This document shows, one piece after another, positions 49,215 to 58,982 of a stretch of DNA of 64,000 nt. The translations under genes were made by a program, and so were the position numbers. Source of the stretch: an uncultured Clostridia bacterium (GTDB lineage Bacteria; Bacillota; Clostridia; Oscillospirales; Acutalibacteraceae); NCBI GenBank assembly GCA_945787805.1, contig CALZID010000004.1, positions 7,712 through 71,711 of the forward strand, given 5' to 3'. The notes under the pieces were generated by a model. It was not told the origin of the DNA and ran no database searches. It saw only the letters and a list, made by a program, of their open reading frames with translations. Every line of letters starts with the position of its first letter. Within the stretch, counting starts at the first letter, position 1.

Positions 49215-50795
49215 ATGTGTTCTATTATGGGATATTGCGGTGACTCCGCTGAAAAAGAATGTTTTTTCAAGGGCTTTGAAAAAACTGTTTCGCGCGGTCC
49301 TGACGATACAAGAATAATTGATACCGGAAAAGGCTTATTAGGCTTTCACCGTCTGGCAATTATGGGACTTACACCAAAGGGTATGCAACCCTTTCGCCTT
49401 GAAGACAGCTATTGCATTTGCAACGGTGAAATATACGGCTTTGAAAAATTAAAGGATGAATTAAAAGAAAAATACACTTTTGAAAGTGACTCGGATTGTG
49501 AAATCTTACTCCCCCTTTACAAAGAACACGGTGTGGATATGTTCGCAATGCTTGACGCCGAATATGCGCTTGTAATCTATGACGGTGAAAAAAAGGAATA
49601 TATTGCCGCCCGTGACCCTATCGGTATCCGTCCGCTTTATTACGGGTTTGACAGCTCCGATACTATTCTTTTTGCAAGTGAGCCTAAAAACCTTGTGGGT
49701 ATAGCAGATAAGATTATGCCTTTCCCACCAGGACATTATTATAAAGACGGCGAATTTGTTTGCTACTGCGACATTGCAAATGTAGATAGAGTTATAGATG
49801 ATGATTTGGAAACAGTATGCAAAAACATTTGTGAAAAATTAACATCGGGTGTTGAAAAAAGACTTGTTGCCGATGCAAAAGTCGGTTTCTTGCTTTCGGG
49901 CGGTCTTGATTCTTCATTGGTTTGCGCCATCGCCGCAAAGAAGAGCGCCTCCCCTATTAAAACCTTTGCAATAGGTATGACCGAAGACGCCATTGACCTT
50001 AAATATGCCCGTCAGGTTGCTGATTTTATCGGCAGTGACCACACTGAAATATTTATGACGCCCGAAGAAGTTATAGCTTCGCTTGAAACAGTAATTTATA
50101 CCCTTGGCACCTTTGATATTACAACTGTCAGAGCAAGTATGGGTATGTATCTTCTCTGCAAGGCAATTCACGAACGGACGGATATTCGTGTGCTGTTGAC
50201 AGGTGAAATCTCCGACGAACTTTTCGGATATAAATATACTGATTTTGCGCCGTCAGCCGACGCTTTTCAAAAGGAATCACAAAAACGAATCAGGGAATTA
50301 CATATGTATGATGTTCTTCGTGCGGACCGTTGCATTTCGGTAAACTCACTTGAAGCCAGAGTACCTTTCGGAGATATTGACTTTGTAAAATATGTGATGG
50401 CGGTAAATCCCGAGTTGAAGCTCAACACCTACGGTAAAGGCAAATATTTACTTCGACACGCTTTTGAAGGACAAGATTTGCTTCCCGATGAGATTTTATG
50501 GCGTGAAAAAGCCGCTTTTTCGGACGCAGTCGGTCACTCAATGGTTGACTATCTTAAAGAATATGCTGAAACGCAGTATTCTGACGAAGAATTCAAAGAG
50601 GGCTGCAAAAAATATTCTCATGCACAGCCTTTCACAAAGGAATCTCTGCTTTACCGTGATATCTTTGAAAAGTATTATCCCGGTCAATCTGAAATGATTG
50701 TTGATTTTTGGATGCCGAACAAGGATTGGGAAGGCTGTAAAGTAAACGACCCCTCCGCCCGTGTTCTTTCAAACTACGGTGACAGCGGAAAATAA
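49215..50795 (+). CDS. asnB: asparagine synthase (glutamine-hydrolysing)
   Basis: N-terminal MCSIMGY (Cys2 Ntn nucleophile) and the PP-loop LLSGGLDSS. Confidence 0.93.
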   Translation: MCSIMGYCGDSAEKECFFKGFEKTVSRGPDDTRIIDTGKGLLGFHRLAIMGLTPKGMQPFRLEDSYCICNGEIYGFEKLKDELKEKYTFESDSDCEILLPLYKEHGVDMFAMLDAEYALVIYDGEKKEYIAARDPIGIRPLYYGFDSSDTILFASEPKNLVGIADKIMPFPPGHYYKDGEFVCYCDIANVDRVIDDDLETVCKNICEKLTSGVEKRLVADAKVGFLLSGGLDSSLVCAIAAKKSASPIKTFAIGMTEDAIDLKYARQVADFIGSDHTEIFMTPEEVIASLETVIYTLGTFDITTVRASMGMYLLCKAIHERTDIRVLLTGEISDELFGYKYTDFAPSADAFQKESQKRIRELHMYDVLRADRCISVNSLEARVPFGDIDFVKYVMAVNPELKLNTYGKGKYLLRHAFEGQDLLPDEILWREKAAFSDAVGHSMVDYLKEYAETQYSDEEFKEGCKKYSHAQPFTKESLLYRDIFEKYYPGQSEMIVDFWMPNKDWEGCKVNDPSARVLSNYGDSGK

Positions 50796-50827
50796 GCAAA
50801 AAATATTAAAAACCTTATGCTAATCAG

Positions 50828-50856
50828 TTGACAAAGCACTCAAAAAAGAGTAAAAT
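50828..50856 (+). promoter_or_regulatory. sigma-A type promoter of the purC operon
   Basis: TTGACA-17 nt-TAAAAT. Confidence 0.7.
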
Positions 50857-50863
50857 GTTTTGG

Positions 50864-50918
50864 AAAAGGCAAAGGCGTCTTTGAGCGATATCTCGAAGTG
50901 TCTCTGCCTTCTTTTTTT
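50864..50918 (+). promoter_or_regulatory. purC leader: conserved motif plus intrinsic terminator
   Basis: AAAAGGCAAAGGCGUCUUU lies at 50864-50882. The interrupted stem pairs AAGGCA..AGG..CUUUGAG with CUCGAAG..UCU..UGCCUU, followed by C plus UUUUUUU. Confidence 0.6.
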
Positions 50919-50943
50919 GCAAATTTACTTTGGAGGTTTTTAT

Positions 50944-51657
50944 ATGGAAAAAAGAAATCAGCTTTATGAGGGAAAAGCAAAGAAAGTTTTTGAAACCGAT
51001 AACCCCGAAATTCTTATGGTTTCTTACAAAGACGACGCTACTGCTTTTAACGGACTGAAAAAAGGAACAATTGCAGGTAAAGGCGTTATCAACAACAAGA
51101 TGAGTAATATACTCATGCAGAAGCTTGAAAGTCAGGGTATTCCCACTCATTTTATAGAAGAATTAAACGATAGGGAAACACTTGTTAAGAAAGTGACGAT
51201 TTTGCCCCTTGAGGTTATTATCCGTAATATTGCCGCAGGTTCATTCTCAAAAAACTACGGTGTTCCCGAAGGTAAAGTTTTTAATTCTCCCACTATTGAA
51301 TTTTCATATAAAAACGATGAACTCGGTGACCCGCTGTGTAACAGTTATCATGCGGTCGCTCTCGGACTTTGCAGCAAAGAAGAGATTGAAACCGTAAAGA
51401 CCTATGCTTTCAAAATAAACGAATTGCTTAAAGATTTTTGGAGCAAATGCGGTGTAACCCTTGTGGATTTCAAAATTGAATTCGGCAGACTGTCTGACGG
51501 AACAATTATCTTGGCAGATGAAATCAGTCCCGACACTTGCAGACTTTGGGACAGTAAAACCGGTGAAAAATTAGACAAAGACCGCTTCCGCCGTGATTTA
51601 GGCGGAGTTGAAGATGCCTATAATGAAGTTATGAAGCGTCTTAACGAGAATATATAA
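50944..51657 (+). CDS. purC: phosphoribosylaminoimidazole-succinocarboxamide synthase
   Basis: ATG at 50944 lies 7 nt after [24 protein letters not shown] is the typical PurC N-terminus. The ORF-track extension covers the leader and was rejected. Confidence 0.93.
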   Translation: MEKRNQLYEGKAKKVFETDNPEILMVSYKDDATAFNGLKKGTIAGKGVINNKMSNILMQKLESQGIPTHFIEELNDRETLVKKVTILPLEVIIRNIAAGSFSKNYGVPEGKVFNSPTIEFSYKNDELGDPLCNSYHAVALGLCSKEEIETVKTYAFKINELLKDFWSKCGVTLVDFKIEFGRLSDGTIILADEISPDTCRLWDSKTGEKLDKDRFRRDLGGVEDAYNEVMKRLNENI

Positions 51658-51671
51658 TGGAGGGTGCAAAA

Positions 51672-52946
51672 ATGTCTAACTGTGCAATAGTAGGAATTAA
51701 CTGGGGTGACGAGGGTAAAGGCAGAATGGTTGACCTTCTCACCGAAGATTATGATGTTGTTGTCCGTTATCAAGGCGGCGGCAATGCAGGTCATACCGTA
51801 ATAAACGATAAGGGTAATTTTGCGCTTCACCTTTTGCCCTCGGGTATTTTCAGAGACGGTGTTGTAAACATTCTTGGCAACGGCGTAGCGCTTGACCCGC
51901 AAAATCTTTGGAATGAAATGCAGGATGTAATGTCAAAAGGCGTTGCACTTACCCCCGAAAATCTTAAAATCAGCGACCGTGCTTCTCTTTTACTTCCTTG
52001 GCACAGAGAAATGGACGAGCTTGAAGAACAACGGCTTGCAGATAAAAAATACGGCTCCACAAAACAAGGAATTGCCCCTTTCTATTCCGATAAATATCAA
52101 AAGAAAACAGTGCTTGCCGGCGAGCTTTTTTATCCGGATAAACTAAAAGAGCATCTTACAGGCTTGCTTGAATGGAAAAATCTTATACTCACGGGTGTTT
52201 ACGGAGCAAAGCGTATTACCGAAAATGAAATAAATGAATGGATTGACACCTACTGTGAAAAGATTAAGCCTTTCGTTTGTGATACGGGCGAAGTTTTGAA
52301 AAACGCTTCTATGAACGGCAAAAAGATTTTATTTGAAGCACAGCTCGGTTCTCTCAGGGATTTGGATTACGGTATTTACCCTTACACCACTTCTTCAAAC
52401 ACAATCGCCGCTTATGCCCCCATCGGTTCAGGTTTTCCCGGTGCAAAAATCGACAGAGTTTTAGGTGTTGTTAAAGCGTATTCCACCTGTGTGGGTGAAG
52501 GTCCTTTTGTATCGGAAATGTTCGGTGACGAAGCAGAAGAATTGCGAAAAGCCGGTAACGAATACGGCGCTAAAACAGGCAGACCCCGTCGTGTAGGCGC
52601 AATGGATTTGGTTGCAACCGCCTACGGTATTGAAGTTCAGGCGGCAACAGAAATCGCACTCACCAAGCTTGATGTTTTGAGCTTTATGGAAAAAATTCCC
52701 GTTTGCACTCACTACATCACTGACGGAAAACAAGTTGACCGTTTCCCATTCCCTGCTGCATTAGATGAGTCAACACCCGTAATTGAATACAAAGACGGTT
52801 GGATGGAAGACATCTCAAAAGTTCGCAAATGGGAAGATTTGCCGAAAAACGCACAAGACTATGTGCTGTATATTGAAAATGTTGTTGGATGTCCCATTAA
52901 ATATGTTTCGGTTGGTCCCGAACGGGAAAGCATTATTATAAGATAA
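51672..52946 (+). CDS. purA: adenylosuccinate synthase
   Basis: GINWGDEGKGRMVD P-loop and GTTKQGIAP-like motif (GSTKQGIAP). ATG at 51672 follows GGAGGG. Confidence 0.95.
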   Translation: MSNCAIVGINWGDEGKGRMVDLLTEDYDVVVRYQGGGNAGHTVINDKGNFALHLLPSGIFRDGVVNILGNGVALDPQNLWNEMQDVMSKGVALTPENLKISDRASLLLPWHREMDELEEQRLADKKYGSTKQGIAPFYSDKYQKKTVLAGELFYPDKLKEHLTGLLEWKNLILTGVYGAKRITENEINEWIDTYCEKIKPFVCDTGEVLKNASMNGKKILFEAQLGSLRDLDYGIYPYTTSSNTIAAYAPIGSGFPGAKIDRVLGVVKAYSTCVGEGPFVSEMFGDEAEELRKAGNEYGAKTGRPRRVGAMDLVATAYGIEVQAATEIALTKLDVLSFMEKIPVCTHYITDGKQVDRFPFPAALDESTPVIEYKDGWMEDISKVRKWEDLPKNAQDYVLYIENVVGCPIKYVSVGPERESIIIR

Positions 52947-52959
52947 AAAGGAGCTTATT

Positions 52960-54375
52960 ATGACAGACAAATACGAATCACCCTTATCATCACGCTATGC
53001 GTCCGATTATATGTTAAAGCTTTTCTCGTCGGATACCCGTTATAAAACTTGGCGAAGACTCTGGGTCAGTTTGGCAAAGGCTGAAAAAAATCTCGGTTTG
53101 CCAATTACCGATGAGCAAATTGCAGACCTTGAAAAGAATATAGACAATATTGATTATGAGTGCGTAAAGCAAAGAGAAGCAGAAGTCCGTCACGATGTTA
53201 TGGCTCATATATACGCTTACGGCATAGTGGCACCGTCCGCTTCGGGTATCATTCATCTCGGTGCTACAAGCTGCTATGTCACCGACAATGCCGACATTGT
53301 CATATACAGAGATGCGCTTTTATATCTAAGAAATGAGCTTAAAAAGGTTATTGCAAACCTTGCGGATTTTGCAGAGAAATACAAAGCACTGCCCACTCTC
53401 GGATATACTCATTATCAGCCCGCACAATTAGTAACCGTGGGCAAAAGAGCAACTCTTTGGATGCAGGATTTTGTTTCTGATTTAGAAGAAATTGATTTTA
53501 TAATAGATAACTTTAAATTCTTGGGTTGCAGGGGTACAACGGGTACGGAAGCGTCGTTCGTTGAGCTTTTTGACGGTGATACCGCTAAAATTGACAGAAT
53601 GAATGAGCTGATTGCTAAAGACTTCGGCTTTGAGAAGAAATTTGCCGTTTGCGGTCAAACTTATCCGAGAAAACTTGATTCAAGAATTCTCAGCACTCTT
53701 TCCGCAATCGCACAAAGCGCATACAGAATGGCAAATGACATCAGACTTTTGCAGCACGACCGTCAGGTTGAAGAGCCCTTTGAAAAAAATCAAATCGGTT
53801 CTTCCGCTATGGCATATAAGCGCAATCCTATGAGAAGCGAAAGAATCTGCTCACTTTCCCGTTATCTTATGGCAGATGTGGCAAACGGTGCAATGACGGC
53901 GTCGACTCAATGGTTAGAGCGTACTCTTGACGACTCTGCAAATCGCCGAATTTCTATGCCCGAAGGTTTTCTCTGTGCCGATGCGGTGCTTCGTCTTTGT
54001 CAGAATGTTACCGACGGCCTTCATGTTAACGAAAAAATCATCGCAAAAACCGTCAGTGAATATCTGCCCTTTATCGCAACGGAAAATTTGCTTATGGAAG
54101 CCACAAAAAAAGGCGGTAACCGTCAAGAGCTTCACGAAATTATTCGTCAATGTTCTATGAAGGCTACAGAAGAAATGAAAAACGGCGGCAGCTGCGATTT
54201 GCTTAAATATTTAAGTGCCGAGCCTAAATTCGGTCTTGAATATGAAGAAATGGAAAAACTGCTGTGTCCGTCACTGTATATCGGCAGATGTGCGGAGCAG
54301 GTAGATAACTTCTTAAAAGAAGTGCAACCGCTGATTAAAGATTTAGAGCGTACCGCAGTTGAAATATCTCTGTAA
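52960..54375 (+). CDS. purB: adenylosuccinate lyase
   Basis: 471 aa of the fumarase/ASL superfamily, with signature GSSAMAYKRNPMRSE. Confidence 0.95.
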   Translation: MTDKYESPLSSRYASDYMLKLFSSDTRYKTWRRLWVSLAKAEKNLGLPITDEQIADLEKNIDNIDYECVKQREAEVRHDVMAHIYAYGIVAPSASGIIHLGATSCYVTDNADIVIYRDALLYLRNELKKVIANLADFAEKYKALPTLGYTHYQPAQLVTVGKRATLWMQDFVSDLEEIDFIIDNFKFLGCRGTTGTEASFVELFDGDTAKIDRMNELIAKDFGFEKKFAVCGQTYPRKLDSRILSTLSAIAQSAYRMANDIRLLQHDRQVEEPFEKNQIGSSAMAYKRNPMRSERICSLSRYLMADVANGAMTASTQWLERTLDDSANRRISMPEGFLCADAVLRLCQNVTDGLHVNEKIIAKTVSEYLPFIATENLLMEATKKGGNRQELHEIIRQCSMKATEEMKNGGSCDLLKYLSAEPKFGLEYEEMEKLLCPSLYIGRCAEQVDNFLKEVQPLIKDLERTAVEISL

Positions 54376-54387
54376 AAGGTGATAAAA

Positions 54388-55923
54388 ATGAGCGAAAAAG
54401 TCCTTGTTTTAGATTTCGGCGGTCAATACAACCAGCTTATTGCCCGTCGTGTGCGTGAACAAAATGTTTATGCCGAAATCAAGCCATACAATAAAATAAC
54501 TTGTGATGATATTAAAAATGCCGACTATAAAGGTATCATCTTCACAGGGGGACCAAACAGTGTTTATGACGAGAAATCTCCCCACTATGACCCTGAAATT
54601 TTGAATTTAGGAATACCTGTTTTAGGCATCTGCTACGGCGCACAGCTTTTGGCATTTATGGCAGAGGGAAAAGTTTCAAGCGCCGACGACAGAAGCGAAT
54701 ACGGAAATGCGGTTTTATATGCGAATGACAGTCCGCTGTTTCAAGGTGTTCCGCAGAAAAGCGACTGCTTTATGAGCCATACCGATTATGTGTCGGAAGT
54801 GCCGAAAGGCTTTACCGTAACAGCCACTACAAAGAATTGTCCTGCCGCAGCCTTTGAAAATAAGCAAAAAGGTCTTTTCGGTGTTCAGTTTCACCCGGAA
54901 GTAACTCACACGGAATACGGCAAAACCATTCTCAGAAATTTTCTTTATAATGTTTGCAAATGTTCGGGAAATTGGAAAATGGACGACTTTATCGAGAAAA
55001 CCGTTGAGAAATATAAAAATGAATTGAACGGCAAAAAGGTGCTTTTGGCGCTTTCGGGCGGTGTTGACTCTTCTGTTGCGGCAGCTCTGTTATATAAGGC
55101 TATCGGTGACAATTTAATCTGTGTTTTTGTTGACCACGGGCTTCTTCGCAAAGATGAGGGCGACTTTGTGGAAAACACATTCAAGGGTAAATTCGGTATG
55201 AATTTAATTCGTGTCAATGCCGAAGACAGATTTCTTCAAAAGCTTTCAGGCGTTACCGAGCCTGAACAAAAACGCAAGATAATCGGCGAAGAGTTTATCC
55301 GTGTTTTTGAAGAAGAAGGCAAAAAACTCGGCAAGATAGATGTTCTTGCACAGGGTACTATTTATCCTGATATCATTGAAAGCGGCAAGGGTGATTCTGC
55401 GGTAATCAAAAGTCACCACAATGTAGGCGGTCTGCCCGATGTAATCAGTTTTGACAGTATTGCGGAGCCGCTTGCAGATTTATTCAAGGACGAAGTGCGT
55501 GAAGTGGGACTAAAACTCGGATTACCCTACGAGCTCGTTTTCCGTCAGCCTTTCCCCGGTCCCGGACTTGCAGTCAGAGTTATGGGAGAAATTACAAAGG
55601 AAAAATTAAAGCTTCTTAAAGAGGCTGATGCAATTTTCAGAGAAGAAATTGATAATAATCCTATAAAAAAAGAAACCAACCAATATTTTGCGGTGCTTAC
55701 CGATACCTTCAGCGTGGGTGTTAAGGGTGACGCTCGTGCATACGGATATGTTTTGGCGCTTCGTTCAGTTACAACCGACGACTTTATGACAGCAGAATGG
55801 ACACGCATCCCCTATGATGTATTGGAACGGACAAGCAACCGCATAACAGGTGAAATAAAAGAAATAACCCGAGTGGTTTATGATATTACCTCCAAGCCTC
55901 CGGCAACGGTGGAATGGGAATAA
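54388..55923 (+). CDS. guaA: GMP synthase (glutamine-hydrolysing)
   Basis: GATase-1 domain (GICYGAQ, HPE), PP-loop ALSGGVDSS and the C-terminal dimerisation domain ending PPATVEWE. Confidence 0.96.
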   Translation: MSEKVLVLDFGGQYNQLIARRVREQNVYAEIKPYNKITCDDIKNADYKGIIFTGGPNSVYDEKSPHYDPEILNLGIPVLGICYGAQLLAFMAEGKVSSADDRSEYGNAVLYANDSPLFQGVPQKSDCFMSHTDYVSEVPKGFTVTATTKNCPAAAFENKQKGLFGVQFHPEVTHTEYGKTILRNFLYNVCKCSGNWKMDDFIEKTVEKYKNELNGKKVLLALSGGVDSSVAAALLYKAIGDNLICVFVDHGLLRKDEGDFVENTFKGKFGMNLIRVNAEDRFLQKLSGVTEPEQKRKIIGEEFIRVFEEEGKKLGKIDVLAQGTIYPDIIESGKGDSAVIKSHHNVGGLPDVISFDSIAEPLADLFKDEVREVGLKLGLPYELVFRQPFPGPGLAVRVMGEITKEKLKLLKEADAIFREEIDNNPIKKETNQYFAVLTDTFSVGVKGDARAYGYVLALRSVTTDDFMTAEWTRIPYDVLERTSNRITGEIKEITRVVYDITSKPPATVEWE

Positions 55924-55936
55924 AGGAGTGATTACT

Positions 55937-57550
55937 ATGACGAAATACATATTTGTAACAGGCGGCGTTGTATCGGGACTCGGCAAGGGTATTACCGCCG
56001 CTTCTTTGGGCAGATTATTGAAAGCCCGCGGCCTTAAAGTTGCCGCACAAAAGCTTGACCCGTATATCAATGTGGACCCGGGTACAATGAGTCCTTATCA
56101 GCACGGTGAAGTGTTTGTTACCGTTGACGGTGCAGAAACAGACCTTGACCTTGGGCATTATGAACGCTTTATTGATGAGAATTTGAATAAATTTTCAAAC
56201 CTTACCACAGGTAAAGTGTATTGGAATGTCCTTAATAAAGAGCGTCGCGGAGAATATCTCGGCTCTACCGTGCAGGTTATTCCCCATATTACCGATGAAA
56301 TCAAAGCATTTATTTACAGAGTGGGTAAGCAAACCGACGCAGATGTGGTAATCACTGAAATCGGCGGTACTATCGGCGATATTGAATCACAGCCGTTTCT
56401 TGAAGCAATTCGTCAGGTATCTCTCGAAGTGGGTAAAGAAAACAGTCTTTTTATTCATGTTACATTAGTCCCCTTTTTAAGCGGCTCTGACGAGCACAAG
56501 TCAAAGCCCACTCAACATTCTGTTAAAGAGCTTCAGGGAATGGGAATAAGCCCCGATATTATTGTGCTTCGTTGCGACGAACCCCTTGAAGAATCAATAT
56601 TTAAGAAAATATCGCTGTTCTGTAATGTTAAACCCGATTGTGTTATTGAAAACATTACACTCCCCATTCTTTATGAAGCACCGCTTATGCTTGAAAAATC
56701 CAACTTTTCAGAAGTTGTTTGCCGTGAGCTTAATTTGAAAACCGAGCCTGCCGAGCTCACCGAATGGGCACAGATGGTTGAAATGATTAAAAACCGTCAG
56801 CATAGCGTAAATATCGGTCTTGTAGGAAAATACACAGAACTTCACGACGCATATCTCTCAGTTGTCGAAGCACTTCGCCATGCGGGATATATCTATAACA
56901 CCCATGTAAATATTCATTGGATTGATTCAGAAAAGCTCAATGAATCCAATGCTGACGAGATACTAGGCGAGCTTCACGGTATTATTGTACCGGGTGGCTT
57001 TGGCGACAGGGGTATCGAAGGTATGATTTGCGCCGCAAAATATGCCCGTGAAAATCATCTTGCATATTTCGGCATTTGCCTTGGTATGCAAATAGCCTGC
57101 ATTGAATTTGCGAGAAATGTTTTAGGTATTAAAGACGCAAACTCCGGTGAATTTGATGAAGCCTGTCTTAATAAAGTGATTGATTTCATACCCGGACAAA
57201 GTGACGATGTGGATAAGGGCGGTACATTAAGGCTTGGCGCCTACCCCTGCGTTATGAAGCCTGATACGGTAATTGCTAAACTGTACGGAACAACAGAAAT
57301 CAGCGAACGTCACCGTCATCGCTATGAATTTAATAACGATTACAGAGAAAGGTATGAAAAGGCAGGGCTCACCCTTGCGGGTGTTTCTCCGGATAACAGA
57401 CTTGTAGAAACTGTTGAGCTCAGCGACAGAGATTTCTTCGTAGGTGTTCAGTATCACCCGGAATTCGGCAGTCGTCCCAACCGTGCTCACCCGTTGTTTA
57501 AAGGATTTGTCGGTGCGGCTTTTAAAAAGGCTATGGGTGACAAAGAATGA
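55937..57550 (+). CDS. pyrG: CTP synthase
   Basis: ATG at 55937 follows AAGGAG. N-terminus is [19 protein letters not shown]. The GATase motif GICLGMQ and HRHRYE are present. Confidence 0.96.
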   Translation: MTKYIFVTGGVVSGLGKGITAASLGRLLKARGLKVAAQKLDPYINVDPGTMSPYQHGEVFVTVDGAETDLDLGHYERFIDENLNKFSNLTTGKVYWNVLNKERRGEYLGSTVQVIPHITDEIKAFIYRVGKQTDADVVITEIGGTIGDIESQPFLEAIRQVSLEVGKENSLFIHVTLVPFLSGSDEHKSKPTQHSVKELQGMGISPDIIVLRCDEPLEESIFKKISLFCNVKPDCVIENITLPILYEAPLMLEKSNFSEVVCRELNLKTEPAELTEWAQMVEMIKNRQHSVNIGLVGKYTELHDAYLSVVEALRHAGYIYNTHVNIHWIDSEKLNESNADEILGELHGIIVPGGFGDRGIEGMICAAKYARENHLAYFGICLGMQIACIEFARNVLGIKDANSGEFDEACLNKVIDFIPGQSDDVDKGGTLRLGAYPCVMKPDTVIAKLYGTTEISERHRHRYEFNNDYRERYEKAGLTLAGVSPDNRLVETVELSDRDFFVGVQYHPEFGSRPNRAHPLFKGFVGAAFKKAMGDKE

Positions 57551-57895
57551 GTATTCACGAAGAATGCGGCGTATTCGGTGCCATTGCACAGTCAAATATT
57601 GATATCGGAAACCTTGTGTACTACGGACTTTATGCGCTTCAACACAGGGGGCAGGAAAGCTGCGGAATTGTTGTCAATGATGACGGTGTTTTTACTTCAC
57701 ATAAGGATTTAGGTCTTTTAAGTGAAGTGTTATCTGCGCTGCCGAGCAGCAGAATCTTTATGCAAAATGATTGGCAATGAATTTTATTGCAGTGCTTGTT
57801 TTGACGGAGGTTATCCTACCCCTATACCCATAGATACCAGAAAAGACAGATTTGAACAAAAATTATCCCAAAAAAGAGGTAATAAAGATGATTAG
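57547..57895 (+). pseudogene. purF: amidophosphoribosyltransferase (purF) remnant with a large internal deletion and frameshift
   Basis: In frame 1, [14 protein letters not shown]...YYGLYALQHRGQESCGIVVNDDGVFTSHKDLGLLSEV is the PurF N-terminus (about 62 aa) and diverges into a stop at 57778. In frame 2 from about 57743, AAESL..IGNEFYCSACFDGGYPTPIP...* is the PurF C-terminal CxACFxGxYPT end, with stop at 57893-57895. About 350-400 central codons are missing. Confidence 0.8.
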
Positions 57896-58982
57896 AGAAT
57901 TTGACCGCAAACTCATATTGGAAGACGGTACCGAAATTATGGGTTATTCTTTCGGCGCCAGATGCGATAAAATATGCGAAATTGTTTTTAATACTTCTAT
58001 GGTGGGTTATCAAGAAATTCTTTCGGACCCCTCATATACTTATCAAGCGGTTGTTATGACATATCCGCTTATCGGCAACTACGGTATTGCGGACGACGAT
58101 TTTGAAACGGTTACACCTACAATCGGTGCTTTTATTGTCGGTGAAAACAATGATGAGCCTTCAAATTTCAGAAGCACCGCCACATTATCGGATATAATGA
58201 AGAAATATGATATTCCCGGTATTTTCGGTGTGGATACCAGGAAACTCACTCGTCACATTCGCAATAACGGTATGTGCAAGGTTCTTATATGCGATGCCGA
58301 TACCACCGTCGAAAAAGGACTTGAAATTCTAAAGAGTACCGAAATCCCAAAGGATGCAGTATCAAAGGTAACTCCAAAAGGAATTTTTAAAAAGGAAGCT
58401 TTAAATCCGTCATTCCGTGTGGTTGCCATTGACTGCGGAATGAAAGAAAACATTGTGCGAAGTCTTAACAAAAGGGGCTGTTCCGTAACAGTTGTCCCCT
58501 ATAACACAAGTGCCGAAGCTATTGAAAGCTTAAACCCCGACGGTGTTTTTCTTTCCAACGGTCCGGGGAACCCAAATGATGTTCCCGAGCTTATTAACAC
58601 AGTAAAAGAATTGCACGGAAAATACCCTATGTTCGGAATTTGTCTCGGTCATCAAATTATCAGCCTTTCTTATGGGGCAAAGTGCTATAAACTGAAATTC
58701 GGTCACAGAGGCGGTAATCACCCCGTTAAAAATCTTGCAACGGGCAAGATTGAAATTACTTCACAAAACCATTCATACGCTGTTGACAATGAGAGCTTAA
58801 AAAACACTTCTCTCACCGTTACACATATCAATTTACTTGACAATACCGTTGAAGGTGTTGAGAATAAAACCGATAAGGTATTTTCGGTGCAATATCACCC
58901 CGAAAGTGCTCCCGGTCCCGAAGACAGCGCATATCTTTTTGATAAATTTATTAAGATGATGGAGGAAGAGAAAAATGCCTAA
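57888..58982 (+). CDS. carA: carbamoyl-phosphate synthase small subunit (canonical glutaminase)
   Basis: ATG at 57888 follows AAGAGG. The N-terminus is MIREFDRKLILEDGT. The triad motifs are intact: FGICLGHQ and VQYHPESAPGP. Confidence 0.95.
   Translation: MIREFDRKLILEDGTEIMGYSFGARCDKICEIVFNTSMVGYQEILSDPSYTYQAVVMTYPLIGNYGIADDDFETVTPTIGAFIVGENNDEPSNFRSTATLSDIMKKYDIPGIFGVDTRKLTRHIRNNGMCKVLICDADTTVEKGLEILKSTEIPKDAVSKVTPKGIFKKEALNPSFRVVAIDCGMKENIVRSLNKRGCSVTVVPYNTSAEAIESLNPDGVFLSNGPGNPNDVPELINTVKELHGKYPMFGICLGHQIISLSYGAKCYKLKFGHRGGNHPVKNLATGKIEITSQNHSYAVDNESLKNTSLTVTHINLLDNTVEGVENKTDKVFSVQYHPESAPGPEDSAYLFDKFIKMMEEEKNA

Noticed and set aside
57852-57887. TTG start at 57852 for the second carA (MNKNYPKKEVIK...).
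   Set aside because: That stretch is the purF C-terminal remnant read in another frame. The conserved CarA N-terminus starts at ATG 57888, which has an AAGAGG RBS.
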